Position numbers and translations under genes: made by a program | Notes under the pieces: generated by a model | What the model saw: the letters and a program-made list of their open reading frames with translations, nothing else | Database searches by the model: none | Told to the model about the DNA's origin: nothing | Shown: positions 10,353-20,336 of the stretch, piece by piece | Numbering within the stretch: the first letter of the stretch is position 1 | Layout: every line of letters starts with the position of its first letter | Source: an uncultured Gammaproteobacteria bacterium | Lineage (GTDB): Bacteria > Pseudomonadota > Gammaproteobacteria > UBA6002 | Assembly (NCBI GenBank): GCA_963705725.1 | Contig: CAVPKM010000009.1 | Span: forward strand, 1 to 64,000 | Length of the DNA stretch: 64,000 nucleotides | Reading direction: 5' to 3'

Positions 10353-11947
10353 ATGCCAAATCAAGCCTTAGCCCGAAAATGGCGACCTGATTCTTTTGAA
10401 GCCCTTGTAGGACAGACTCATGTAGTTAAACCCCTCTCTTATGCACTTGACCACCAACAGCTACATCATGCTTATTTATTTATTGGCACTCGAGGCGTCG
10501 GCAAAACTACAATCGGTCGAATTTTGGCTAAGGGATTGAACTGTGAATTGGGCATGACCTCAAAACCTTGCAATCAATGCCAGCCTTGTCTTGAAATCGC
10601 AGATGGTCGTTTCATCGACCTTATTGAAGTAGATGCCGCATCGCGGACAAAGGTCGAAGATACACGAGAATTACTTGAAAATGTTCCCTACTCTCCCACA
10701 AGTGGACGATTTAAAATCTACTTTATTGATGAAGCGCATATGCTTTCAACTCATAGCTTTAATGCGCTGCTTAAAACGCTAGAGGAACCCCCGCCTCATG
10801 TTAAATTCCTATTAGCTACAACGGATCCACAGAAATTACCTATTACCATTCTATCTCGTTGTTTACAATTTCATTTGAAATGCTTATCCCCTGAACAAAT
10901 TTCGCAACAACTATCGCATATCTTGCAGCAAGAACAGATTGCTTTTGAAGAAGAATCATTAAATCGAATTGCGGCTCAAGCAGATGGCAGCATGCGCGAT
11001 GCACTGAGCTTACTTGATCAAGCTATTGCTTTTGGTAATGGCAGCGTAACCACTTCTGAAGTAACAAGCATGCTTGGCCTCGTTGATGTGCAATTCGTTT
11101 GTTCAATATTAGAAGCCCTCATTAATCAACAAGCCGACACCTTGATTCTTATCACCCAACAACTAGCAGAGCAATCATTTGATTTTGGAAGTGCGCTAGA
11201 AGAACTCATTACCTTACTTCATCAAATTGCTATTTTTCAATTTGTGCCAGATGCCCACCTTGCTACTTCACAGCGTGATAAAATTGCACACTTCGCTAAG
11301 ATCATTCCTTGCCAAGAAGTACAACTTTTTTATCAAATTGCCTTAATGGGTAGAAAAGATCTTCCCCTTGCACCTAATCCACGCATGGGACTTGAAATGA
11401 CTTTATTGCGGATGCTAGCTTTTTGCCCTAATCAATTAGCACCTTCAGTGCCAAGCACCCATTGCTCCGCCAATGAAAGAGACTGCCTGATCAACCCAAG
11501 CATTCCTCACCTAATCAAAAGAATCAGTCTCCTAACAATGAGAGAATACGCCTCGAAGAAGGCAAATGGCAAGGGATTCTCAGCCAATTGAACTTAAGTG
11601 GCATGACTGCAGCTATTGCTAATCATTGCATTCTGGAAAGACTGACCGAAAATGAGTTGACTTTAAACCTTGATCCGACACAAAGTGTCTTATTAAATAA
11701 AAAGCATGAGATACGACTTGAAGAAGCATTGACAACTTATTTTAAAAGGCCAATACGCTTAACGATGAAAATAGGCCAAGCAAATATGCCAACTCCTGCC
11801 ACACAAGAGAAAGAGGCAAGATCACTCCGGCAATTTGCTGCAGAAAAAGCGATCCGGCAAGATCCAAATGTTAATTTGATCCTTGATACTTTCAATGCAG
11901 AAATTTCATCAATACAAGATAATGAACGGGATTCATCTTCCACATAG
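10353..11947 (+). CDS. dnaX: DNA polymerase III gamma/tau subunit, split by frameshift(s) at ~11450-11560
   Basis: ALARKWRP, GTRGVGKTT, DAASRTKVEDTR; tau C-terminal domain (WQGILSQLNLSG...DPNV) in the second frame; true start ATG at 10353. Confidence 0.9.
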
Positions 11948-12037
11948 AAGTGACTAAAATCCATTCCCAAAGGGTAGCCAAAAACGGCTTTTTTCGTTAA
12001 AATTTATTATTTACTACTAACAACACAGGAGAAGAAT

Positions 12038-12367
12038 ATGGCGGAAACTCCAGATATTAAAGAATTAATGCGCATGGCTCAAGAAATGCAAAAAAGCCTG
12101 AAGGAAGCACATGATGATTTAGCTAAGCAAGAATATGTAGGTGAAGCAGGCGCAGGTTTAGTCAAAGTAACCCTGAATGGAAAGCAAGAAGCGACTCGGT
12201 TCGAGTTTGATCCTAAGGTTAAATTAGAAAGCTTAAGTTTTTTAGCGGAAATTTGTGTTGCAGCGGTTAATGCAGCTCATCATCAAGTTGAAAAAGCGAC
12301 TGCCAAAAGAATGACCGACGTTTCAAAAAAAATAGGGCTGCCCGGCGCGGCAAAAGAAAACGAATAA
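12038..12367 (+). CDS. ybaB: YbaB/EbfC nucleoid-associated protein
   Basis: AQEMQK, GEAGAGLVKVTLNG, AAVNAA; dnaX-ybaB-recR synteny. Confidence 0.9.
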   Translation: MAETPDIKELMRMAQEMQKSLKEAHDDLAKQEYVGEAGAGLVKVTLNGKQEATRFEFDPKVKLESLSFLAEICVAAVNAAHHQVEKATAKRMTDVSKKIGLPGAAKENE

Positions 12368-12372
12368 TACTC

Positions 12373-12969
12373 ATGTTCAGTGCATTAATTGAACAATTGA
12401 TACAAGCCCTACGCTGTCTTCCTGGCGTTGGACCAAAGACGGCACAACGTATGGCCTTCCATTTGTTACAACATAGACGTGAAAATGGATTACATTTAGC
12501 CAACATCCTGCAACAGACTCTACAAGAAGTTGGCCATTGCAAAAAATGTCATATCTTGAGTGAAACATTACTTTGTCAATTATGCACTGACTCTAGAAGA
12601 GATACTTCTTCACTCTGCGTTGTCGGCTCGCCTGCGGATGTGGTAGCTTTTGAGCAAGCAGGTAATTTTAAGGGATTATATTTTGTATTGATGGGTCATC
12701 TTTCTCCTCTTGATGGTATTGGTCCGAAGGAGATCGGTATCCCTATCTTCGAAGAACGATTACAAGATTCTGCCCTGCAAGAAATTATTCTTGCTAATAG
12801 CACGACGGTAGAAGGTGAGGCAACCGCTTACTACATTGCAAATATTGCACAAAAAAAGAATATAAAATGTAGTCGAATTGCCTTTGGCGTACCCGTTGGC
12901 GGAGAATTAGAGTATTTAGGTTTTGATACGCTTGCTCGCGCTTTTGCTGCTAGAACAAATTTAAGTTAA
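12373..12969 (+). CDS. recR: Recombination mediator RecR
   Basis: LPGVGPKTAQR, C4 zinc finger, LSPLDGIGP, GVPVGGELEY. Confidence 0.95.
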   Translation: MFSALIEQLIQALRCLPGVGPKTAQRMAFHLLQHRRENGLHLANILQQTLQEVGHCKKCHILSETLLCQLCTDSRRDTSSLCVVGSPADVVAFEQAGNFKGLYFVLMGHLSPLDGIGPKEIGIPIFEERLQDSALQEIILANSTTVEGEATAYYIANIAQKKNIKCSRIAFGVPVGGELEYLGFDTLARAFAARTNLS

Positions 12970-12972
12970 CTT

Positions 12973-13102
12973 ATACCCTTCGTTCGTGAATGGATTTTAG
13001 GCTAGGACACAAGGAGGAGGCTTTGAGGGAGTGTATACAAAATACATGACCAAAGAGAGGCAACGCTTGTAACAACACATAAAATTCATTCACGAAGGGT
13101 AT
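12973..13102. mobile_element. 130-bp ERIC/RPE-like palindromic miniature element
   Basis: Terminal IR atacccttcgt..gtgaatg..tttt / aaaa..cattcacgaagggtat; central gagtgtatacaaaatacatgac core. Confidence 0.65.
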
Positions 13103-13122
13103 GCTCACAGGATGTGATTCCC

Positions 13123-14388
13123 ATGAATAAATGGTTTGTTTTTTTTGTTTTGCTTTTCACTAATGCTACTCAAGCAGCGCTTCCCACCACTGCTCCCGAT
13201 TACTTTGTAAGGGCACCCATATGGAATGGGGGTTGGAAACTGGGTTTAACAGGTTTGTTATTACAATCATTTACATGGAATCAAGATTTTGCTTTTTCAT
13301 TGCCGCAAGTTAACCAGCAAGCTGGCGGAAAAATTCATGATGTGCGACCAAATTACCACCTAGGTTATCAACTCTTTGGAAATTACCTGATCCCTTGTAG
13401 CAGCAATGATGTAAAAGTAACTTACACCAGTTATTCCTATACAAAGGGCAAGCGCTTACATTCATCAGAAGGCAATTTTATTGTTCCCTTCACAGATTTT
13501 GATTTTATTCCACCCATTAGTGCAACCATTACACTGGCAGGCCCAGGTTCGGCAACATTGCTTGATGATGTGTTATTATTTCCGGGAACTCCACTTAGCC
13601 TAAGCAATTCGCTAATAGAAGCCACAGCCAAGACTGATGCACGTCTCACTGCCTGGGATTTCGATTTTGGCCAATATATGGATATTGACAATTTTATGAG
13701 AGTGCGTTTTTTCGGTGGAGTAAGGTATTCGAAAATCAAACACCGCTTTAATGTTAACTATCATTATGAAAATCTGCCTGTTTCACTCACCCATGAAGAA
13801 ATCGCGGGCGGTTTCCTGACTGGGACTAATACACCTTTTATTGCTGGAATCGTCACTACGATAAATCTTGATCATCAGTCTCAGTATGTTCAAATCTTTC
13901 ATCAATCTAGTTATTTTATTGGCACCGGACCTCGGCTCGGTATTGAGGCAACTTTTTATAGTGGAGGAGGGTTTGGATTAACAGGAGAATTCGCTGGTGC
14001 CTTGCTAATGGGTACAAACAAGAACAGCGCATCTGACCAGCTGCTCGGGGTCTTTGATCCAACCAGTATTATCACTACGATTGTGACAACCCCTGCCCTC
14101 ACTGCGACAATTGATAATTTGATTATTCCTCCTGATCAGTTGAGAGTAAATGATCAATCGCCAAAAAAAATCCGAATGGTTCCTAACCTAGAAGCAAAAT
14201 TAGAGATTAATTACACTAATTCATTATCTCAATGCCGCTCATTTACTTTTGCAATTGGATATTATGTCAACTATTACTTTAATGCCGTTGACCAGCTCAT
14301 TGGCTTGCCGATTGATTTTAATCATAATATTTATACACTAGATGCAAACTTCTCAGGACCCTATATTAGCGCAGAGTTTCTTCTATAA
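13123..14388 (+). CDS. Lpg1974/MOMP-family outer membrane beta-barrel
   Basis: Signal peptide; DFDFGQ, RFFGGVRY, GTGPRLG, VPNLEAKL, YFNA, FSGPY motifs. Confidence 0.7.
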   Translation: MNKWFVFFVLLFTNATQAALPTTAPDYFVRAPIWNGGWKLGLTGLLLQSFTWNQDFAFSLPQVNQQAGGKIHDVRPNYHLGYQLFGNYLIPCSSNDVKVTYTSYSYTKGKRLHSSEGNFIVPFTDFDFIPPISATITLAGPGSATLLDDVLLFPGTPLSLSNSLIEATAKTDARLTAWDFDFGQYMDIDNFMRVRFFGGVRYSKIKHRFNVNYHYENLPVSLTHEEIAGGFLTGTNTPFIAGIVTTINLDHQSQYVQIFHQSSYFIGTGPRLGIEATFYSGGGFGLTGEFAGALLMGTNKNSASDQLLGVFDPTSIITTIVTTPALTATIDNLIIPPDQLRVNDQSPKKIRMVPNLEAKLEINYTNSLSQCRSFTFAIGYYVNYYFNAVDQLIGLPIDFNHNIYTLDANFSGPYISAEFLL

Positions 14389-14447
14389 TACTATTAGCTA
14401 CTTTAACTATTATTATAAATAACATGAAAAGTAATAGGAGAAAATAA

Positions 14448-16905
14448 ATGGGGCTAGCTGCTTATCATAAAAAAAGAAATTTTAATGAAACCCCTGAACC
14501 TAAGGGAAAGGTAAGTTTTGCTCATCCTCGTCTTTTTGTTATTCAAAAACATGCTGCTAAACGTCTACATTACGATTTTCGCTTAGAATTAAATGGCACA
14601 TTAAAAAGCTGGGCAGTTCCTAATGGTCCCTGTCTAGATCCAACGGTCAAACGTCTTGCTGTAGAGGTAGAAGATCATCCCATTGATTACGGATCTTTTG
14701 AGGGTTTGATTCCAGCAGGTCATTATGGAGCTGGCACAGTGATGTTATGGGATAAGGGGGTTTGGATTCCACTCGACAAAGATCCCTTCCAAGCTTATAA
14801 AAAGGGTCATTTACGCTTTGAAATTGATGCTGGAAAATTAAAAGGTGGGTGGGATTTAATCCGGTTTAAAAATGAAAAAAATCAATGGCTTTTAATTAAA
14901 CGTAATGATGATTTTGCAAAACCTTTTAAACAATATGATATCACTAAAGAAAAACCAAACAGCATTCTGACCCATTATTCAATAGATGAAATCACGAAGC
15001 ATACCAAAAAAAATGAGATAACCAAGCAGAAAAAAACTTTTTTTAAAAAAAAAATTAATTCTTTCTAAGCATTTGAAGAAAAGTCCTTTTCCCACATTTA
15101 TTTCTCCTCAGCTTTTGACACTTGTTGAAAAACCTCCAAATGGCAAAGCATGGTTACATGAGGTTAAGTTTGATGGTTACCGTATTCTTGCTTTTATTAG
15201 TAAAAATCAAGTTGTATTGCAATCACGCAATGGCAAAGATTGGGCACCAATTTTTAAAAATATTACTGAAGAACTTCACTGCTTCAAATCCACTCAAATA
15301 ATTTTTGATGGTGAGGTGGTGCTACTCGATAAAGAAGGTAAATCTAACTTTCAATTGTTACAAAATTCACTTACTTCAAAAAAAATCGCTTTTATTTATT
15401 TTATTTTCGATCTTTTATACTACGAATATTACGATTTAAGATCATTAGCGCTTAATGAACGAAAACAGTTTTTAAAAAAAATATTAGATTCTTATCACAG
15501 CCCCTATTTACGTTATAGCGATCACATTATCGAAAATGGCCAAGAGGTGTTTGAAAATGCATGTCATTTAGGTTTAGAAGGAATTGTTTCAAAAAATATT
15601 GACTCAGCTTATATTTCAGGTCGAAGCAAATCTTGGGTAAAAGCAAAATGTTTAAAAGAAGACGAATTTGTTATCGGTGGTTTTTCTAATCCAAAAGGCC
15701 AGAGAAAATATTTCGGTTCATTATTTTTAGGCGTATTCAATAAAAAAAATCAATTATATTTTTCGGGTAAGGTAGGAACTGGGTTTACAAAAAAATCGCT
15801 TGAACAAGTCTATAAAAACTTACAAAAATATCGACAGGAGAAAAATCCTTTTTCTTCCTGTCCTCCAGGCGCTAAAGAAGCCACATGGGTCAAACCCATT
15901 TTAGTCGCACAAATCGCCTATACTGAATGGACTAAAGATAATCGGTTGCGACACCCAGTATTTAAAGGGTTGCGTTTAGATCTAGCAGCAAAGGCGGTGA
16001 GAAAAAAAATAATGGCTGATATTGAAAAGCAAGAAACTCTTTCCTTTAAACTCACCCATCCAAAAAAAATTTTATATCCCGTCGGGGAAATTACAAAAAA
16101 AGATTTACTAGATTATTATGATGCGGTAAGCGATTGGATATTACCATTTATATGCAATCGTCCACTCACTTTATTGCGTTGTCCAAATGGCTATACGCAT
16201 TGTTTTTATCAACGTCATTTTAATAAAACCACAGGAAAATTTTTAAAATCTATCACATTAAAAACCGATGATAAATCTCATCCTTATATTTATCTAGCAG
16301 ATAAAAATGGATTGCTTAGTCTGGTACAAATGGGTGTGCTTGAAATTCATCCTTGGGGAAGTCGAATAGAAAACATGGATTATCCAGATTGGATAACCTT
16401 TGATCTTGATCCGGGAACAAAGGTTTCTTGGGGAAAAATTGTTTCAACTGCTTTTGATATTAAAATGCGATTAGAACAATTGCAGTTAAAAAGCTTTGTT
16501 AAAACTACTGGAGGTAAAGGGTTGCATGTTGTCGTTCCTATTCACGCTAATCACAGCTTCGAAACAGTCAAACAATTTACAAAAAGTTTTGTAGAAAGTT
16601 TAGCAATGTTAAAACCTAGCGCCTATGTAAGTAATATGAGTAAGGCTAAGCGTTCTGGGAAAATATTTATTGATTATCTACGTAATCAGCAAACAGCTAG
16701 CGCCATCAGTGTGTATTCAACTCGAGCAAGACCACATGCACCAATTTCCACCCCTATTTTCTGGGAAGAGCTTAGCAAAAACAAAAAAGATACTGAATTT
16801 TCAATTAAAACTATCCTTAATCGTTTATATACTTTAAAAACCGATCCCTGGAAATCTTTTTGGACACTTAAACAATCATTAAATGAGGTTTATAACGATG
16901 AATAA
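14448..16905 (+). CDS. ligD: NHEJ ligase D (phosphoesterase-ligase-polymerase), split into 14448-15068 and 15073-16905 by a +1 shift in an A/T homopolymer tract
   Basis: PE: FVIQKHAA.RLHYDFRLE; LIG: EVKFDGYR, EGIVSK; POL: FDLDP, KTTGGKGLHV, IDYLRN; the second frame is open from 15022. Confidence 0.9.
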
Positions 16906-17686
16906 AGCACTTTGGAAAGGGGATATTTCATTTGGATTAGTCACCATTCCTGTAGCAATTGTGTCTGCAGAACAAAAAAATGATCTACATTTTCATTTAT
17001 TAGATTCCAAAGATAAATCACGCATTCGTTATCAACGCATCAACACGGAAACAGGTAAAGAAGTACCCTGGAATGAAATTGTTAAAGGTTATGAGTTCGA
17101 TAAAAACAATTACATTATTTTAAATGAAGAAGATTTTCAAAAAGCCAGTCCCGAAATATTTAAGGTCATTAACATTGAAGAATTCGTGAATTTAAATGAA
17201 GTGGATATTCTTTATTTTGATAAACCCTATTATCTCGTTCCTAATAGTAAAAATAAAAAAGCTTATGTACTACTTCGAGAGGCGCTTAACAATACAAAGA
17301 AAGTTGGGGTAGCAAGAGTGATTATCCATACAAAGGAATATTTGAGTTTAATTCTTCCTCATAAGAATGCTTTAGTTCTTAATCTTATTCGCTTTAAGCA
17401 AGAACTTCGTGATGAATCTCAGCTAGATTTACCAAAAAGCTCTTTAAAAACTTATAAAATTTCAGATCGCGAAGTAGAGATGGCGCTAAATCTTATTGAT
17501 GAAATGAGTAATACCTGGAAACCAGAAAAATATCACAATGAATATCGTGAAGCATTAATGAAATGGATTGAAGCTAAAACGAAATTTGCTCAGAAAAAGA
17601 AGCAATCCATTAAAAAAATTACAAAACCAGAAGTCATCGATTTTGTCGAGTTATTAAAGAAAAGCTTAAAAAATAAAAAAAGGTAA
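16898..17686 (+). CDS. ku: NHEJ DNA end-binding protein Ku
   Basis: ALWKGDISFGLVTIPV, IVKGYE, FDKPYYLVP, AYVLLREAL; overlaps the ligD stop. Confidence 0.95.
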   Translation: MNKALWKGDISFGLVTIPVAIVSAEQKNDLHFHLLDSKDKSRIRYQRINTETGKEVPWNEIVKGYEFDKNNYIILNEEDFQKASPEIFKVINIEEFVNLNEVDILYFDKPYYLVPNSKNKKAYVLLREALNNTKKVGVARVIIHTKEYLSLILPHKNALVLNLIRFKQELRDESQLDLPKSSLKTYKISDREVEMALNLIDEMSNTWKPEKYHNEYREALMKWIEAKTKFAQKKKQSIKKITKPEVIDFVELLKKSLKNKKR

Positions 17687-17690
17687 AAAT

Positions 17691-18383
17691 TTAAGGTGCA
17701 CAGCTGAAACCAAATGTATTCCAAAGAATATCTAAAAAAGGAGTCAGTGCTTTTTTTACATTCACTTCGGCATATTCAAGCTGGTATGGTAGAAATTTTA
17801 ATTCATCGATTACAAGAACTTTATTACGTCCCTTTGATTCGAGTTTAAGCTTATCAAAATCCGTTTGACAAAAACGCAAATCTTTTACCGCAAGCATATG
17901 AAAATACAGGCTATAAGGTCCGGGTATGTGGAATTTATGTAATAATTCTAAATGATTGCCTAACATTTTCATTAAACATTTTTCAATTTGTAAGGGTGAA
18001 ATAATCTTTCTTTTCCCATCAGCAGCAAATTGTGCAATCGCAACGACGGTTTCAATCATTCCATTTCGAAAGACTTGCGTATAAGCTTGTTTTTCATGCG
18101 CATTGGTATGAAAAAGGATGCCATCGAAATTAAATTCTGCGATTGTTGATTCTTGAGAATCACAGTAGGAAACGAAATAATTTTCAGGTTTTTCTAGATT
18201 TTTAATATTAATTAATATTTCTTCATAACGTTCAGGAACGAGATAAACAATTAACCGAGTAGCAGGATCCACTGGCAAAGAAAGGGGATATTTATTTTCA
18301 ACGATTAACTTAATACGTTTTTCAAAAAAAAGTGCGCGCGGATCATTGAGATAAACACTTCTTGAATATTCCATTTCTTCCAT
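17691..18383 (-). CDS. Hypothetical protein resembling the C-terminal domain of AlbA_2/Schlafen-domain proteins
   Basis: NFDG...YTQVFRNGMIE...PFLDILWNTFG pattern, recognised from memory. Confidence 0.45.
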   Translation of the reverse strand: MEEMEYSRSVYLNDPRALFFEKRIKLIVENKYPLSLPVDPATRLIVYLVPERYEEILINIKNLEKPENYFVSYCDSQESTIAEFNFDGILFHTNAHEKQAYTQVFRNGMIETVVAIAQFAADGKRKIISPLQIEKCLMKMLGNHLELLHKFHIPGPYSLYFHMLAVKDLRFCQTDFDKLKLESKGRNKVLVIDELKFLPYQLEYAEVNVKKALTPFLDILWNTFGFSCAP

Positions 18384-18435
18384 TATTTTTCCTTACAATC
18401 TTATGGACCAGAATTCAAATTATCACCCCTAAAAT

Positions 18436-19212
18436 TCATTCACCAAGGGCATCGACTCGCTCATAAATTTTAACAGATGATAGCCCCCAACTCATTAAAT
18501 GCATATTCTCATAAATGAGTTGAAAACCTTCTATGTTATCTAGATTAGCTGTGGCAATAATAACACGAGCACCCTTTTTCAAAACTTGTAATTTAGGGAT
18601 GATTACATTTTCTAGCATTCCGCCTACAAAACAAGCCGCATTGATAAAAATTATATCCGCATCGAGATAATCAAAATCTTGAAAATCCCCATGAATAAAT
18701 TGCATGTTTATTTTTTGATAGGGAATGAGTGTGTGGCGCTCAGGTAACTGCATAAGTTTATCGAGTATACTTTGGCTTAAGGTATACAAATTTTTCAATT
18801 TTTCAATACCACAGGCTTTTGAAAATTCAAAAGTTAACCCTGCTATAAATACCGCTTTTCCTGCTCCTGAACCCAAGTCATAAAAAATTTCCCCAGGCTG
18901 TGGCTTTGCCATTTCCAGTATGCGGACAAAACTAAAAAAAACTACTTCTCCATAGGTAAAGCTGATATTGTCACTGAAACCCAGCCTATTGCGTCCTTGT
19001 AGAGAAACCTGATAACCATCCACCCCTTCATAGAGTTTCCTAAATATGGTTAAACAGCGATCATAATGTACGGTACTTTTCCAGCCTCTTTCATGTAATA
19101 AAGCCACCCAATAACGAATGCGCTGTCTATTTTTTAACCACATAAAAAATACGAGCAAGATACAAAAAAATGTCAATGTTTGTGAATGCATTACCTGATT
19201 CCAAGAAAACAA
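18436..19212 (-). CDS. DOT1-like SAM-dependent methyltransferase with an N-terminal TM helix
   Basis: TYGEV, FYDLGSGAGKAV, GIEK, HGDF, ADIIFIN. Confidence 0.75.
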   Translation of the reverse strand: MFSWNQVMHSQTLTFFCILLVFFMWLKNRQRIRYWVALLHERGWKSTVHYDRCLTIFRKLYEGVDGYQVSLQGRNRLGFSDNISFTYGEVVFFSFVRILEMAKPQPGEIFYDLGSGAGKAVFIAGLTFEFSKACGIEKLKNLYTLSQSILDKLMQLPERHTLIPYQKINMQFIHGDFQDFDYLDADIIFINAACFVGGMLENVIIPKLQVLKKGARVIIATANLDNIEGFQLIYENMHLMSWGLSSVKIYERVDALGE

Positions 19213-19287
19213 TTGAACGAACCGTACTATATCTATTTCATTGTATGATGTGCAAACTTTCCGCAGATAAGCACTATAATTTACGAT

Positions 19288-20304
19288 ATGAAAGTTTTAA
19301 TCCTGGGTATTAATGGGTTTATTGGTCATCGACTGACAGAAACGATTCTAAGTAAACGTAACTTTGAGGTATCTGGCATAGATTTGCTGAATTATCGCTT
19401 AAAAAATTGCTTACCCTACCCTCGCTTATCTTTTAAACAGGGAGATGTCATTTTAGAAAAAGATTGGCTACTTGAGCAGCTGGATCAATGTGATGTGGTG
19501 TTACCTTTTATTTCAGTCTGTTCAAAAATGACTACCCGTAATGATTTTCTTTTCTCTTACGAGCGACGATTTCAGTTTCTTCTTGACTTAATTAAGCAAG
19601 TTTCTCGAAAGAACAAGCGCTTAATTTTTCCTTCAACTTCCGAAGTTTATATAAATAATCCAGAGGCATTATATAAAGAAGATTTCTCTAATTCAGTCTT
19701 TGACCCAATCATGAATAAATGGATTTCTTCAACGACTACGCAATTGCTAGAACGCATTATTTTTACTTACGGTAAGAATGAAGGATTAAAATACACTATT
19801 TTTAGACCTTTCAATTGGATAGGACCTGCTCAAGATAATGTCTTTACTCAACATCCCCTTGAAAACTCGCATATCTTCAGCAAAATTATTAGTGATATCG
19901 TTCATAGACGAAATATCCTGCTAGATAACGGCGGAGATCAAAAGCAAAGTTTTACTTATATTGAGGATGGGATCGAAGCACTAATTAAAATGATAGAGAA
20001 TGAGAAGGAGGGCAATGGCCAAATTTTTAATATAGGCAATCCTGATAATGTAATTACAATAAAAGAATTAGCTGAGAAAATAAAGCAACGTGCCAGGACT
20101 TATTCTAAATATCAGGAAGCAGCTCAAGAGGTAAAGATTATTTCTCTATGGAAAAAACATGGTGACGATCAACATTCTTTCGACCTTGTCAATGACGAAA
20201 TTCCAACCATCACTAAGGCAAAGCAATTACTACAGTGGCAGCCAAGAACAGATATAGACATCGCAATTAATAATACGCTGGATTTTTATTTGCAAACTCG
20301 GTGA
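19288..20304 (+). CDS. ArnA decarboxylase-like extended SDR with a degenerate YxxxK motif
   Basis: ILGINGFIG, FPSTSEVY, FRPFNWIGP, IFNIGNP; WISSTTTQ where WIYSxSKQ is expected. Confidence 0.8.
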   Translation: MKVLILGINGFIGHRLTETILSKRNFEVSGIDLLNYRLKNCLPYPRLSFKQGDVILEKDWLLEQLDQCDVVLPFISVCSKMTTRNDFLFSYERRFQFLLDLIKQVSRKNKRLIFPSTSEVYINNPEALYKEDFSNSVFDPIMNKWISSTTTQLLERIIFTYGKNEGLKYTIFRPFNWIGPAQDNVFTQHPLENSHIFSKIISDIVHRRNILLDNGGDQKQSFTYIEDGIEALIKMIENEKEGNGQIFNIGNPDNVITIKELAEKIKQRARTYSKYQEAAQEVKIISLWKKHGDDQHSFDLVNDEIPTITKAKQLLQWQPRTDIDIAINNTLDFYLQTR

Positions 20305-20336
20305 CTATGCGCTGATGTCAATAACATTCGGAATGG

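Noticed and set aside
11440-11600. Programmed -1 frameshift in dnaX producing gamma and tau
   Set aside because: No A AAA AAG heptamer or long A-run is visible, and similar indels break other essential genes, so a sequencing error is more likely
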